From positions 7,814 to 71,813 of the forward strand of contig CAVZNR010000030.1 in assembly GCA_963776675.1 (NCBI GenBank): DNA of 64,000 bases, read 5' to 3'. This DNA comes from an uncultured Alphaproteobacteria bacterium (GTDB lineage: Bacteria > Pseudomonadota > Alphaproteobacteria > Rhizobiales > Hyphomicrobiaceae). Under the pieces are notes generated by a model. It was not told the origin of the DNA, did no database searches, and saw only the letters and a list, made by a program, of their open reading frames with translations. This document shows, one piece after another, positions 54,030 through 64,000 of the stretch. How positions within the stretch are numbered: the first letter of the stretch is position 1; each line of letters opens with the position of its first letter. Position numbers and translations under genes: made by a program.

Positions 54030-57000
54030 ATGCAAAGCGTGATGAGCAGTAGCGCGCGCCCACAACCTCTCGATTTGTCAGATCCGGCAGCAGGGTCACC
54101 CCAAGGCCCCGGCCCGCGCCAGGATCTCGAGACGTCGCTGCGTGCCTTGCAAGCCTCGCTAGCGGAGACGCAATCCATCGCTCGGCTCGGGAGCTGGGAC
54201 TTCGACATAGCAACGCAACGCGCCACTTGGTCGGATGAGACCTATCGCATCGTCGGCGTGGACCCGGCGACCTTTATTCCCTCGTATGACGCCTTCATGC
54301 AGCGCATTCACCCCGACGATCGCGCGGCGTTCGAGAAGAATTACGCCGAGTCCGTCGCCAATCACGCCACGCATGACATAGATATCCGCATCGTCATGGA
54401 CGATGGCACGATCCGCTGCATTCATACGCGCGGACGCACGTTCTACGACGATGCGGGCCGGCCCCTGCGCTCTGTTGGAACCGTGCTCGACATAACCGAG
54501 CGCCGCAAGACGCAGCTCGCTTTGGCGGCAAGCGAGAAGCGCTACCGCGACCTGGTCGAATCCATATCCGAGATGATTTGGGAGGCCGACGAACACGGCC
54601 GCCTGACGTACGTGAGCCCCGCGATCGAAAAGCTCCTCGGGTACCGGCCCGAGGAAATCATCGGCAAGCCGTTCTCCTATCTGATGCGCCCATTCGAGAC
54701 CGCTCGCGTGTCCGAGCAGATGCGCGGGGACCTTGCCAGGAAAGAGGCCAGCTACGGCATCGAAAGTGCCTTGCTGCGCAAGGATGGCACCGAGATCGCG
54801 GTCGAATCGAGCATCGCGCCGGTGTACGAGGGCGGACAGATCGTCGGCTATCGCGGCATGGCCCATGACATCTCCGACCGCAAGAGAACGGAGGCCCGAC
54901 TCAAAAAAAGCGAAATGCAACTGGCCAACGCCCTGGCGCTGTCGCGCGCGGCCCCCTGGGAGTACGACGTCGCTTCGAACCGCTTCACGTTGAACGACAT
55001 GGTCTACGCAATCTTCGGCACCAGCGCCGAGCAGATCGGCGGCTACCAAATGAGCCCTGCCGAGTACGCCGAACGGTTCGTCTATCCCGATGACATCCCG
55101 GTCGTCGCCGGCGAGGTCCAAATCGCGCTCGAGACCTCGGATCCCGACTACAGCCGCGAGTTGGTGCATCGGTTCGTCCACGCCAGCGGTGAGACGGGCA
55201 CCCTTGCCGTGCAGGTCCGCGTTTTCCAGAACGAAAGCGGCCGCACCATCAAAACCTATGGCGTCATCCAAGATATCTCGCAGCGCCGGCGCATGGAGGA
55301 GGAGCTGAGCCTGTCGAAGGCGCTCGGCGCCACCGCCATCGAGTGCTCACCCGAGGGCATCCTGATCGTCGACGCAAACATGAGGATGATTTCCTACAAC
55401 CACGTGTTCATGGAGATGTGGCGGATACCCAAGCAGCTCATGGAAGCATCTGGGATTACGCCGTGGCTGAAGTGTCTTTCCGCGCAGATCAAGGACCCAG
55501 ACGCGTATTTGGCGCGAGTCCACCATCTCTACGACAATCCGTCCGAGACGGCCCACGACAAGCTGGAGCTCACCGACGGCCGCATATTCGAGCGCGACTC
55601 GGTGGCGCTCTATGACGAGAACGGAAAGTATCTGGGGCGCGCCTGGTTCTTCCGCGACATCACCGAGCGCGAGCGCGCCGAGCAGGCGTTGCGCGATAGC
55701 GAGCAGAACTTCAGGGCGATTTTCTCCACGGTCCGCGAGAGCATTTTTGTAACCGAGCTAGAAACCGGCAAGTTCGTCGAGGTCAATCCCTCCGGCTGCC
55801 AAATGTTCGGCTACAGCCGCGACGAGCTCATTGGTGCCGACATCGGCATGATCTCGAGCGGCGAGCCGCCCTACACGCTCAACGACGCACTGAAGCAACG
55901 GCATGGCAACCTGACGGACGAGACCACCGAGTTCGACTGGCACTGCCGCAAGCGCGACGGCACACTCTTCTGGGCTGCGGTCTCACTCGAGCGCGGCATG
56001 TTTCGCGGACGCGAGCGCATCTTTGCGACACTGTGGGACGTGACCGAGCGAAAGAAGGCCGAGGATACCATCTTGCAGATGGCCTGCTACGATCCGCTCA
56101 CGGGCCTATTGAACCGCCGCATATTCCTCGACGAGCTGGAGCGGGCCATCGCCCAGACCGACCGCGCCGACGACCACCTCGCAGTGCTCTATCTCGACCT
56201 CGATCACTTCAAGGACATCAACGATATTCTTGGGCACCGCGTCGGCGACCTGCTGCTCAAGGAGGTCAGCGGACGCCTGCAGGCCCACGTCCGCAAGCGT
56301 GACACGGTTGCGCGTTTCGGCGGCGACGAGTTCGCCGTGATCATGTCGGCATTGGACGGGCCTGAAGACGCAGCCCTCCTGAGCCAGAAGCTGCTGGAAG
56401 TGCTCGAAAAGCCCTATTTCATCCGGGGCAACGAGATCCGCAGTGGCACCAGCATCGGCATCGCCACGTATGGCTCGGACTCGCCGGATGCGGAATCGCT
56501 GATCACACACGCGGACGTGGCGCTCTATCGCGCTAAGGCGGAGGGCCGCGGCACCTTGCGGTTTTTCACCGAATCCATGGCCCGGGAGGTCAAATCGCGC
56601 GTGTCGCTCGCCACCGAGCTGCGCACAGCCATCTCGGCGGGGGAGCTGGAGCTCTTCTACCAACCGGAAGTCGACCTGGAGACCGGCGACATCATGGGCC
56701 TCGAAGCGTTGTTGCGGTGGAACCATCCCACCAGGGGCCTCGTCAGTCCCGGGGCATTCGTCAAGTCAGCCGAGGATGCCGGCATCATTATCGACCTGGG
56801 ACGGTGGGTTCTGTGGGAGGCCTGTCGCCAGACCAGGGAATGGATGGACATGCAGATCGCCCCCGGTTTCGTGGCGATCAATCTCTCCGCGCTGCAATTC
56901 AAGACACCGGGCGAGCTCGAGAAGGATATCGGCATCGCGCTTGCGAACTTCCGTCTGCCGCCGCAAATGCTCGAGCTGGAGCTGACCGAAACGGTGCTCA

Positions 57001-57425
57001 TGGACGCTTCTCGCCGCAACAGTGAGACCTTGCATAGGTTGCGCAACAAAGGCGTGCGGATCTCCATCGACGATTTCGGGACCGGGTATTCCTCCCTCGA
57101 CTATTTGCGCCGCTTTCACGTCGACCGGGTCAAGATCGCGCAGAATTTCGTCGGCGATATCGAAACGGTGCCAGGCGTTCGTGCCATCGTGCGCGCGGCT
57201 CTGGGCCTGGCGCGGGAGCTCGGTCTCGGTGTCATCGCCGAAGGTATCGAGACCCAGGAGCAGCTCGATCTGTTGAAGAGCTGGGGATGCCGGGAAGGCC
57301 AGGGCTACTATCTGGCCAGGCCACTGCGGGCGTTGGACGTCGCGCAGCTCCTGCGCATCCGCCCAGGCCTGGACTTGAGCGGCGAGCCCCCTGCTACGGG
57401 TCGCGCCGCGGCGCCGGGACAATAG
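54030..57425 (+). CDS. Multi-PAS GGDEF-EAL protein
   Basis: About five PAS/PAC units, RFGGDEF, GLEALLRW, DDFGTGYSSL; start position uncertain. Confidence 0.95.
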   Translation: MQSVMSSSARPQPLDLSDPAAGSPQGPGPRQDLETSLRALQASLAETQSIARLGSWDFDIATQRATWSDETYRIVGVDPATFIPSYDAFMQRIHPDDRAAFEKNYAESVANHATHDIDIRIVMDDGTIRCIHTRGRTFYDDAGRPLRSVGTVLDITERRKTQLALAASEKRYRDLVESISEMIWEADEHGRLTYVSPAIEKLLGYRPEEIIGKPFSYLMRPFETARVSEQMRGDLARKEASYGIESALLRKDGTEIAVESSIAPVYEGGQIVGYRGMAHDISDRKRTEARLKKSEMQLANALALSRAAPWEYDVASNRFTLNDMVYAIFGTSAEQIGGYQMSPAEYAERFVYPDDIPVVAGEVQIALETSDPDYSRELVHRFVHASGETGTLAVQVRVFQNESGRTIKTYGVIQDISQRRRMEEELSLSKALGATAIECSPEGILIVDANMRMISYNHVFMEMWRIPKQLMEASGITPWLKCLSAQIKDPDAYLARVHHLYDNPSETAHDKLELTDGRIFERDSVALYDENGKYLGRAWFFRDITERERAEQALRDSEQNFRAIFSTVRESIFVTELETGKFVEVNPSGCQMFGYSRDELIGADIGMISSGEPPYTLNDALKQRHGNLTDETTEFDWHCRKRDGTLFWAAVSLERGMFRGRERIFATLWDVTERKKAEDTILQMACYDPLTGLLNRRIFLDELERAIAQTDRADDHLAVLYLDLDHFKDINDILGHRVGDLLLKEVSGRLQAHVRKRDTVARFGGDEFAVIMSALDGPEDAALLSQKLLEVLEKPYFIRGNEIRSGTSIGIATYGSDSPDAESLITHADVALYRAKAEGRGTLRFFTESMAREVKSRVSLATELRTAISAGELELFYQPEVDLETGDIMGLEALLRWNHPTRGLVSPGAFVKSAEDAGIIIDLGRWVLWEACRQTREWMDMQIAPGFVAINLSALQFKTPGELEKDIGIALANFRLPPQMLELELTETVLMDASRRNSETLHRLRNKGVRISIDDFGTGYSSLDYLRRFHVDRVKIAQNFVGDIETVPGVRAIVRAALGLARELGLGVIAEGIETQEQLDLLKSWGCREGQGYYLARPLRALDVAQLLRIRPGLDLSGEPPATGRAAAPGQ

Positions 57426-57543
57426 CCTCGGGACTCGCCGGCTCGGCCCGGAATTCCCGCGATCTGAACGAATCAGCTAGCCTCAGCGTACGGACAAACG
57501 CGTCATCCGCGTCGGAGAGGCTAGTGGGCCGGCAGCATTGAGC

Positions 57544-58440
57544 ATGACCGTCAGACTGCCAGCCGCACTTTTCATCCTGCTTCTGACGGCGTGCGCGTGC
57601 GGGCGCGCGTCTGCGACGGAGAACGGCGGCCAGAACTACCCCTTTGGCGTCAACACGATTTTGCCCGGCATTGCGCCGCCGCCCGGCCAAACGTGGTGGC
57701 AGAACTACAATGTCTACTACTCCGCCAACACCTTCAAAGACGGGAATGGCAACGCGCTCGTTCCCGGCTTCGAGCTGGACGTCGCCGCCTATGCGCCCCG
57801 CCTCTTTCATAGCTGGGACGTCAAGATCGGCCCGTTCGGCCTGGCCTCCGCCCTCGTGGTGCCGTTCGTGTACGTCGGCGTGACAACGCCGCTGCGCAAC
57901 ACCGACGACTTCAATGTGGGCAATCCCACCATTCAGCCGCTCTACCTGACCTACGCAAACGCCACGAAAACATTCTTTGCCTACGGCGGCGTCGACTTCT
58001 TCGTGCCCACCTACACGGCTGTCTCACGCGAATACGTGAGCATGGATCCGATCGCCACGATGACGTGGTTTCCCAGGAAGGGCGTCGACGTCAACATGAT
58101 CGCGCTTTTGGAGTTTGCCCTGTCGGAGAACAGGTCGACGGGCTACCGGTCCGGAGACCTGTTGGTCGTCGAATACTCGGCCCACGTGAAGCCGTTCCCG
58201 TCCCTGCCGAAGCTGTCGGTCGGCTTCAACGGATACTATCTGGATCAGTTCTCCAGCGACGAACAGGCGGGCGTCGACATCGGGTTTGAAGGACGGTCGA
58301 TCGCATTGGGGCCCGAGCTCGTCTACGAAACCGGCGACGCGAGCGGGATTGTGCTCAAGTGGCAGCACGAGTTCGATGTGAGGAACCGGCCGCAAGGCGA
58401 GCAGATCTGGTTCCAGTTTCAGGTCCCCGTCGGGAGATAG
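57544..58440 (+). CDS. Outer-membrane channel, MetA-pathway-of-phenol-degradation (SphA-like) family
   Basis: Signal peptide, ENGG.NYP.G...PPPG, NGYYLDQFSSD, NRPQG..IWF. Confidence 0.8.
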   Translation: MTVRLPAALFILLLTACACGRASATENGGQNYPFGVNTILPGIAPPPGQTWWQNYNVYYSANTFKDGNGNALVPGFELDVAAYAPRLFHSWDVKIGPFGLASALVVPFVYVGVTTPLRNTDDFNVGNPTIQPLYLTYANATKTFFAYGGVDFFVPTYTAVSREYVSMDPIATMTWFPRKGVDVNMIALLEFALSENRSTGYRSGDLLVVEYSAHVKPFPSLPKLSVGFNGYYLDQFSSDEQAGVDIGFEGRSIALGPELVYETGDASGIVLKWQHEFDVRNRPQGEQIWFQFQVPVGR

Positions 58441-58487
58441 GACGGCGGCGTCATCCGGGCCGCCCCGACGCTTGGCTGCACCGGGGG

Positions 58488-58913
58488 TTACGCTCCCCGG
58501 CCTTTTTTCGTGGTGCCGGCGGCACGTTTCACCGCGTGTCCATTGGCTTCGATCACCGACACGTCCTCGCCCGCGTGCACGGATTTCAAGGTGGCCACAT
58601 CGTCGAGCGCCACCGCCCAGATGTTGCACGGGCTCGCCATGCGGATCTCGCCTTTCTTCGACACGGGCGTCGGCCCGAAGCCGATGGCGATGGCGTTTCC
58701 GTCCGGCCAGAACGCGATCTCGCCCGCGCTCACGACCTCGCGCGCCTCGGGCTCGCAGTCGGAGGACACAGGCGCGCGGAAATAGAACTCGTGCCCCCAA
58801 AGCTGCGCCTGGGCATAAATCGGCAGCGCATCCCAGATGCGTTCCGCCGTCGGCGTCTCCAGGAGCCGGGCACGGATCGCAATCTTCCCCGCCCGGATCA
58901 TAATCTCCCGCAT
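58488..58913 (-). CDS. Cyclophilin-like fold protein
   Basis: TPTAERIWDALP, WGHEFYF, GEIAFWP.G.AIAIGFGPTP. Confidence 0.85.
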   Translation of the reverse strand: MREIMIRAGKIAIRARLLETPTAERIWDALPIYAQAQLWGHEFYFRAPVSSDCEPEAREVVSAGEIAFWPDGNAIAIGFGPTPVSKKGEIRMASPCNIWAVALDDVATLKSVHAGEDVSVIEANGHAVKRAAGTTKKGRGA

Positions 58914-58934
58914 CTCAGGTCTCCCTAGGTCCCG

Positions 58935-59396
58935 TCAGTCTCCCGCCGACGTTACCGACACCTTCTCACCGGGACGCACCGCCTTCAAGGCCCCGACGTC
59001 ATCGAGCGCGCGTGCCCATAGGTTGCAGGGGCGCGGCAGGCGCAATTCCCCCGGGCGCGAGATCGGCGTCGGGCCGTAGACGATGATGACGCGGTCGTCC
59101 TCAACCCAGAAGCAGATGTCACCCAGGGTTGCGAGCTGGCGGGCGCCGCGTTCGCGCCCGGATTCGAGCGGCGTCTCGAAATGGATGGATTGGCCCCAGG
59201 GCTCGGCCGTGGAATGGAGCGGCAGCGCCTGCCAGATGCGGTCGGCGGTGGGGGTATCGAGCAACTGGGCGCGCAGTTTGACGCGGCCCGCCGTGATCAG
59301 AATGCGACGGTCCGCCGGCTTTTTGGCGCGGCGGCGTGCCTCCGCGTTGTCGGGAGCGACCGACCGGTTCTGGCCTCTCAGGAGGTTCGTCGGCAT
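58935..59396 (-). CDS. Cyclophilin-like fold protein (tandem paralogue)
   Basis: TPTADRIWQALP, WG..IHF, GDICFW, YGPTPIS. Confidence 0.85.
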   Translation of the reverse strand: MPTNLLRGQNRSVAPDNAEARRRAKKPADRRILITAGRVKLRAQLLDTPTADRIWQALPLHSTAEPWGQSIHFETPLESGRERGARQLATLGDICFWVEDDRVIIVYGPTPISRPGELRLPRPCNLWARALDDVGALKAVRPGEKVSVTSAGD

Positions 59397-59417
59397 GGTG
59401 CGACGCCGGCCTCGGCG

Positions 59418-60662
59418 TCAGGCCGGAGGAGGTCCAAAGACCAGAACCGCGTTGAGGCCGCCGAAGGCGAAGGAGTTCGACATCGCATAGTTGACCTCCT
59501 TATCGCGCCCGACATTGGGGATGTAGTCGAGGTCGCACTCGGGGTCGGGATCGTCGAGGCCGATTGTCGGCGGCACCCAGTTCTCCCGCATGGCGCGGAT
59601 GCAGACCGCCGCCTCGATACCGCCGCCGGCGCCCAGCGGGTGGCCGTGCATCGACTTGGTCGAGGAGATCGCCAGGTTCTTGGCGTGGTTGCCGAACACG
59701 CCCTTGATGGCCCGCGTCTCGTTGGCGTCGTTGATCGTGGTCGCGGTGCCGTGGGCGTTCAGATACTCGATATCGGACGGCGCAATGCCGGCATCGGCGA
59801 GCGCGTCCCGCATGGCGACCATCGGCCCTTCGATGTCGGGATTGACCATGTCCTTGGCGTCCGACGACATGCCATAGCCGACGATCTCCGCCAGGATGTT
59901 GGCGCCGCGCGCCTGCGCGTGCTCCAGCAACTCCAGAACCAGGATGCCGGCACCCTCGGCGAGCACGGTTCCGTTGCGCTTCTTGGCGAACGGGAAACAG
60001 CCTTCCGGCGACAGCACATGCAGCGCCTGCCAGGCTTTCATCGTGCCGTAGGTGATGACCGCCTCGGACGCCCCGGCGATGGCAACGTCGACGACGCCGT
60101 TCTTGATATAGTCGCGCGCGAGGCCGATGGCGTGCGTGGCGGTCGAGCAGGCCGAGCAGGTGGCGAACGTCGGCCCCTTGACGCCGAACTCGATGCCGAC
60201 GTGGGCGGCGGCCGAGGAGCCGATGATGCGCAACAGCGTCAGCGGGTGGGTGGCACGCTTGCCTTCCAAAAACAGCGACCGGTAGGCCTGCTCAAAGGTG
60301 ACGAGGCCGCCGGCGCCCGAGCCGATGACGCAGGCCGAGCGGTAGGGGTCGGCGATGGGGAAGCTGATTCCCGACTGCTTGACCGCTTCATCCGCCGCCG
60401 CAGCAGCAAACCACGAATAGCGGTCGGCGTGCATGACGATCTTGTCGCGCTGGAAATGCTTGAGACGAACCTTGGGGTCGAAGTCCTTGATCTGCGCCGC
60501 AATGAGGATCTTGAGATCCTCGAGCGGAAATCCGACGAGCTCGGTGACGCCGCACTTGGACGCCTTCATCAATTCCCAGAACGTATCGACGTCGAGACCG
60601 ATCGGCGTAACGACGCCCGTACCCGTCACCACGACGCGGCGTGCGCCGTTCGCCTTTTCCAT
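59418..60662 (-). CDS. Beta-ketoacyl-ACP synthase II family protein (FabF/NodE-like)
   Basis: SACST active Cys, NAHGTAT, KSMHGH, SNSFAFGG. Confidence 0.93.
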   Translation of the reverse strand: MEKANGARRVVVTGTGVVTPIGLDVDTFWELMKASKCGVTELVGFPLEDLKILIAAQIKDFDPKVRLKHFQRDKIVMHADRYSWFAAAAADEAVKQSGISFPIADPYRSACVIGSGAGGLVTFEQAYRSLFLEGKRATHPLTLLRIIGSSAAAHVGIEFGVKGPTFATCSACSTATHAIGLARDYIKNGVVDVAIAGASEAVITYGTMKAWQALHVLSPEGCFPFAKKRNGTVLAEGAGILVLELLEHAQARGANILAEIVGYGMSSDAKDMVNPDIEGPMVAMRDALADAGIAPSDIEYLNAHGTATTINDANETRAIKGVFGNHAKNLAISSTKSMHGHPLGAGGGIEAAVCIRAMRENWVPPTIGLDDPDPECDLDYIPNVGRDKEVNYAMSNSFAFGGLNAVLVFGPPPA

Positions 60663-60790
60663 AGCGTCTATATACCTGCCGGTTGCGGACGTCGGATGCG
60701 ACGCCGGGGATGAGCTCAACTAACTGCGAGCCGACACGCGGAACCACGAAGCTCTGTGCGAGGTCTTTAGGGGAGAGCCTCGGTCCGTGA

Positions 60791-61066
60791 TTAGGCCTTG
60801 GCGGCACCCGCCGCGGCGGGGCCCTTGGACATCAAGTCCTTGACGCGATCGACCACGGATCCAACAGTCTTGAAGTCTTCGACTTCCTCGTTGGCGTTGT
60901 ACGGGATCTCGATGCCGAAAGTATCCTCGATGTCAAAAACGATCATCGCAAGGTCGAGCAACTCTATCTTGAGATCCGTGAGCGGCGTCGACAAAGAAAT
61001 ATCGTCCCGCGGCTCCTTCATGTGCTTCTTCAGGATCTCGATGATCTTCGTTCCGACTTCGTCCAT
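60791..61066 (-). CDS. Acyl carrier protein (NodF-like); the Ppant Ser reads as Leu
   Basis: LTDLKIE[L]LDLAMIVFDIEDTFGIEIP...KTVGSVV; adjacent to the KAS gene. Confidence 0.85.
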   Translation of the reverse strand: MDEVGTKIIEILKKHMKEPRDDISLSTPLTDLKIELLDLAMIVFDIEDTFGIEIPYNANEEVEDFKTVGSVVDRVKDLMSKGPAAAGAAKA

Positions 61067-61460
61067 GTCACTCTCCCACCCCCGCTGATACCAAGCCGGA
61101 GGCCCGTGCTGCTTCGTTCCTACCTAGTGCAAGGCCAGTAGCACAACAAGCTGACGCGTCACATATCCTTAAACGCCAATCAAGTCCAGCCAAGGGCCGT
61201 GCGACCGCCCCGACAGGGGCAGGCGGCGCCACGAATAGATGGTCCCTCTCTCGTGCGCTGTCTCCGACGGTACAGCAAAACCTCTTCACAACCGTTGCGA
61301 TGCTATACCTTAGATCGTCCCAGCTATGGCATTTCGCCCCCAAAACGTGTTCAATAACAAGGCGGATTTCAAGGTCCTGTTACCCGAATCCGGGACAGGC
61401 CCGGAATACGCCAAGGGGCACGGCCGCCAGCACGGGCCCCGCCGTGGGAGGCACCCGAGA

Positions 61461-63192
61461 ATGGCAACGAAAGGCCTGCGAACCGGCTCGGACACTGTGA
61501 CCGCATCGCCCTTGCCGTGGCTCAGCCGCTACCCCGAGGGTGTGAGCTGGAGCATGGGGCTCGATGTAGCGCCCCTCTACCAGCTGATCGACGACGCGGT
61601 CCGGCGCCACGGGCGTCTACCCTGCTCCGTCTTTCTTGGCAAGACGCTCACCTACGCCGAGATCGGGCGGCTGGTGGATCAGGCCGCGGCCGGGTTGCAG
61701 CGGCTCGGCGTCAAGAAGGGCACCAAGGTCGGCCTCTTCCTGCCGAACACTCCGACATTCATTGTTTACTTCTTCGCCGTGCTGAAGGCCGGCGGCACGG
61801 TGGTGAACTTCAATCCGCTCTACACCGTCAGCGAGCTCGCCGCCCAGATCAAGGACAGCGACACCGAGCTGATGATCACCCTCGATCTCAAGGTGCTGTT
61901 CGACAAGATCGACAGCCTGCTCCAGTCGGAGGTGCTGCCCCGCGCCGTGGTGTGCTCCTTCACCGCACTGCTGCCCGGCGCCAAGGCCGCGCTGTTCCGC
62001 ATGTTCAAGGCCAAGGACCTGGCGCGGCCGCTGCAGTCGCCGGCGCGCGAGCGCATCGTGATGGAGGCCGACCTCGTCGCCCGGGGCGGCAAGCCGGCGC
62101 GCGTGCCGATCGATCCCCTGACCGACGTCGCCGTGCTGCAGTACACCGGCGGCACCACCGGCACGCCCAAGGGCGCCATGCTCACGCACGCCAATATCTA
62201 CGTCAACGTGCAGCAGGTCGCCGCCTGGGCGCCCGAGCTCGTCGACGGCCAGGAGCGGGTGCTGGGAATCCTGCCGTTCTTCCACGTATTCGCGCTTACG
62301 GTGGTCATGAACTACGGCGTCGCCAAGGGCGCCGAGATCATCATCATGCCGCGCTTCGCCCTCGACGAGGCGCTGGCGCTGATCGACAAGACGCATCCGA
62401 CCGTGATGCCGGGGGTTCCCACGCTGTTCAACGCGCTGATGAGCCATTCCAAGATCAAGAGCCACGACCTCTCCTCGCTCAAGTTCTGCCTGTCGGGCGG
62501 CGCGGCGCTGCCCGTCGAGATCAAGCAGCAGTTCGAAGCCATCACCGGCTGCAAGGTGGTCGAGGGCTACGGCCTGTCGGAGACCTCGCCGGTCGCCACC
62601 GTCAATCCGCTCAACGGCCCCGTCAAAGCCGGCTCCATCGGCCTGCCGCTGCCGGGCACCACCGTCTCGCTGCGCGATCTCGCCGATCCCACCAAGGAGG
62701 TGCCCCAGGGCGAGAAGGGCGAGATCTGCATCAAGGGCCCGCAGGTCATGCTCGGCTACTACAAGCGCCCGGCAGGAGACCGCCGAGCAGATGGTGGGCG
62801 AGTTCCTGCGCACGGGCGACGTGGCGCGCATGGACGAGGAAGGCTTCTTCTTCATCGAGGACCGCATCAAGGACCTCATCATCTGCTCGGGCTTCAATGT
62901 CTATCCCCGCCGCGTCGAGGAGGCGATCTACGAGCACGCGGCCGTCGCCGAGGTCACCGTCATCGGCATCAAGGACGCCAAGCGCGGCGAGGCACCGAAA
63001 GCGTTCGTGCGCCTGAAGCCCGGCGCGAAGGCGACGGTCGACGACATCCTCGAGCACCTGAAGCCGCTGATCTCCAAGATCGAGATGCCGGCTGCGATCG
63101 AGTTCCGCGACGAGTTGCCCAAGACCATGATCGGCAAGCTCTCCAAAAAGGAGCTGGTGGCCGAGGAAGCCGCCCAGCAGCGCAAGGCTTGA
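61461..63192 (+). pseudogene. Long-chain fatty-acid-CoA ligase (FadD-like), +1 frameshift at ~62772 (likely an error)
   Basis: YTGGTTGTPKG and EGYGLSE; FLRTGD...DRIKD...GKLSK continue in the shifted frame. Confidence 0.9.
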
Positions 63193-63203
63193 TCACCCCC
63201 TCC

Positions 63204-63352
63204 CCGTCATCCCGGGCGAGCGACTGCGAAAGCAGAAGCGGGACCCGGGATCCAGGAGAGAAGCGCCGGAGGCTCAAAAAAACCGTGTCTTCGACAAGCC
63301 TAACGCTGGATCCCGGATAGCCTCGGCTCCGCCTCGCCTTCCGGGATGACGG
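63204..63352. repeat. Intergenic palindromic REP/MITE-like element
   Basis: 12-bp terminal IR ccgtcatcccgg/ccgggatgacgg with an inner ccgggatccag/ctggatcccgg stem, between convergent genes. Confidence 0.8.
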
Positions 63353-63361
63353 TTCCAAGCC

Positions 63362-64000
63362 CTACCGATAAAGGTCGGCCCGCGTCGGCGGGGTGGCGGG
63401 TGCGCGCTTGGCCGACTTGGAGACCAGCGTCTGGAAGATGCGCAGGGTGCCGCGCGAGAACGCGAGCGAAACCCCCGCCAGATACGCCACCCAGATGCGG
63501 TACTTCTCCTCGCCCACGAACGCGATCGCCTGCTCGCGCTCCGCCGTCAGCCGCTCGCACCACAGCTTGCACGTGCGCGCGTAATGCAGCCGCCACGCCT
63601 CCACGTCCTGCACCTCGAAGCCCGCCCGCTCCATGGCGACCAGCGAATGGCCGATGTCGTCGAGCTCGCCGCCGGGGAAGATGTACTTGGCGATCGCCTT
63701 CTGCTCGGGCCGCATGCGCCGCTTCATCCAGCCCTCTTTGGGCGCGCGCCGGGAGATCGCGTGGTTGAGGAACAGCCCGTCGCGCGCCAGCAGCCGGTCT
63801 GCATCTTCTGCATGTAGGCGGGAATGTTCTTGAGGCCGATGTGCTCGTACATGCCGATCGAGGCGATCTTGTCGAACTCGCCCGTGACGCCCGAGTAGTC
63901 CTTGAGCTCGACCGTGACGCGGTCCTGCAATCCGAGCCGGGCGATTTTCTCGCGCGCGTAGCTGAGCTGCTCCTCCGACAGCGTGATGCCGTGCGCCGTG
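63362..64000 (-). pseudogene. cfa: Cyclopropane-fatty-acyl-phospholipid synthase family protein, 5'-partial, frameshift at ~63798
   Basis: GITLSEEQ, FDKIASIGMYEHIG, YIFPGG, HYART, YRIW..YLAG. Confidence 0.88.

Noticed and set aside
59418-61066. Evidence for nodulation capacity
   Set aside because: nodFE-like similarity alone is insufficient; no nodABC, nodD or nod box in the window.

Overview
GC-rich bacterial DNA, most likely a Hyphomicrobiales-type alphaproteobacterium (inferred from gene content). (1) 1-4.5 kb is a tRNA-Thr(TGT) hotspot. A ~0.76 kb islet carrying only higBA lies between the tRNA 3' half and a 44/45-bp copy of it. It is followed by a membrane receiver protein, a second toxin-antitoxin pair and a Cys-rich DUF2786-like protein. 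(2) 5-19 kb looks like core genome: a split type III PKS / ICMT methyltransferase / FAD oxidoreductase set, and a SnoaL-panD-GNAT-nitrilase operon. (3) After tRNA-Ile2(CAT) at 19195-19270 there is a ~39 kb mosaic accessory region. It holds ABC-F, hrpB, amt and a complete IS1111-type (IS110 family) element whose guide-RNA segments can be matched to its own target and donor junctions. It also holds a co-oriented 14-kb block (N-type ATPase operon, beta-PGM, GH65 phosphorylase, phosphoketolase, acetate kinase), redox/ADH genes, three c-di-GMP enzymes and an orphan IS end. (4) 58-64 kb is a lipid cluster (nodFE-like ACP/KAS, acyl-CoA ligase, cfa). Six frameshifts and three identical changes at would-be GANTC sites suggest long-read sequencing errors, so the pseudogene calls are provisional. 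No CRISPR array, rRNA or integrase was seen. All family assignments are by motif recognition, without database searches.
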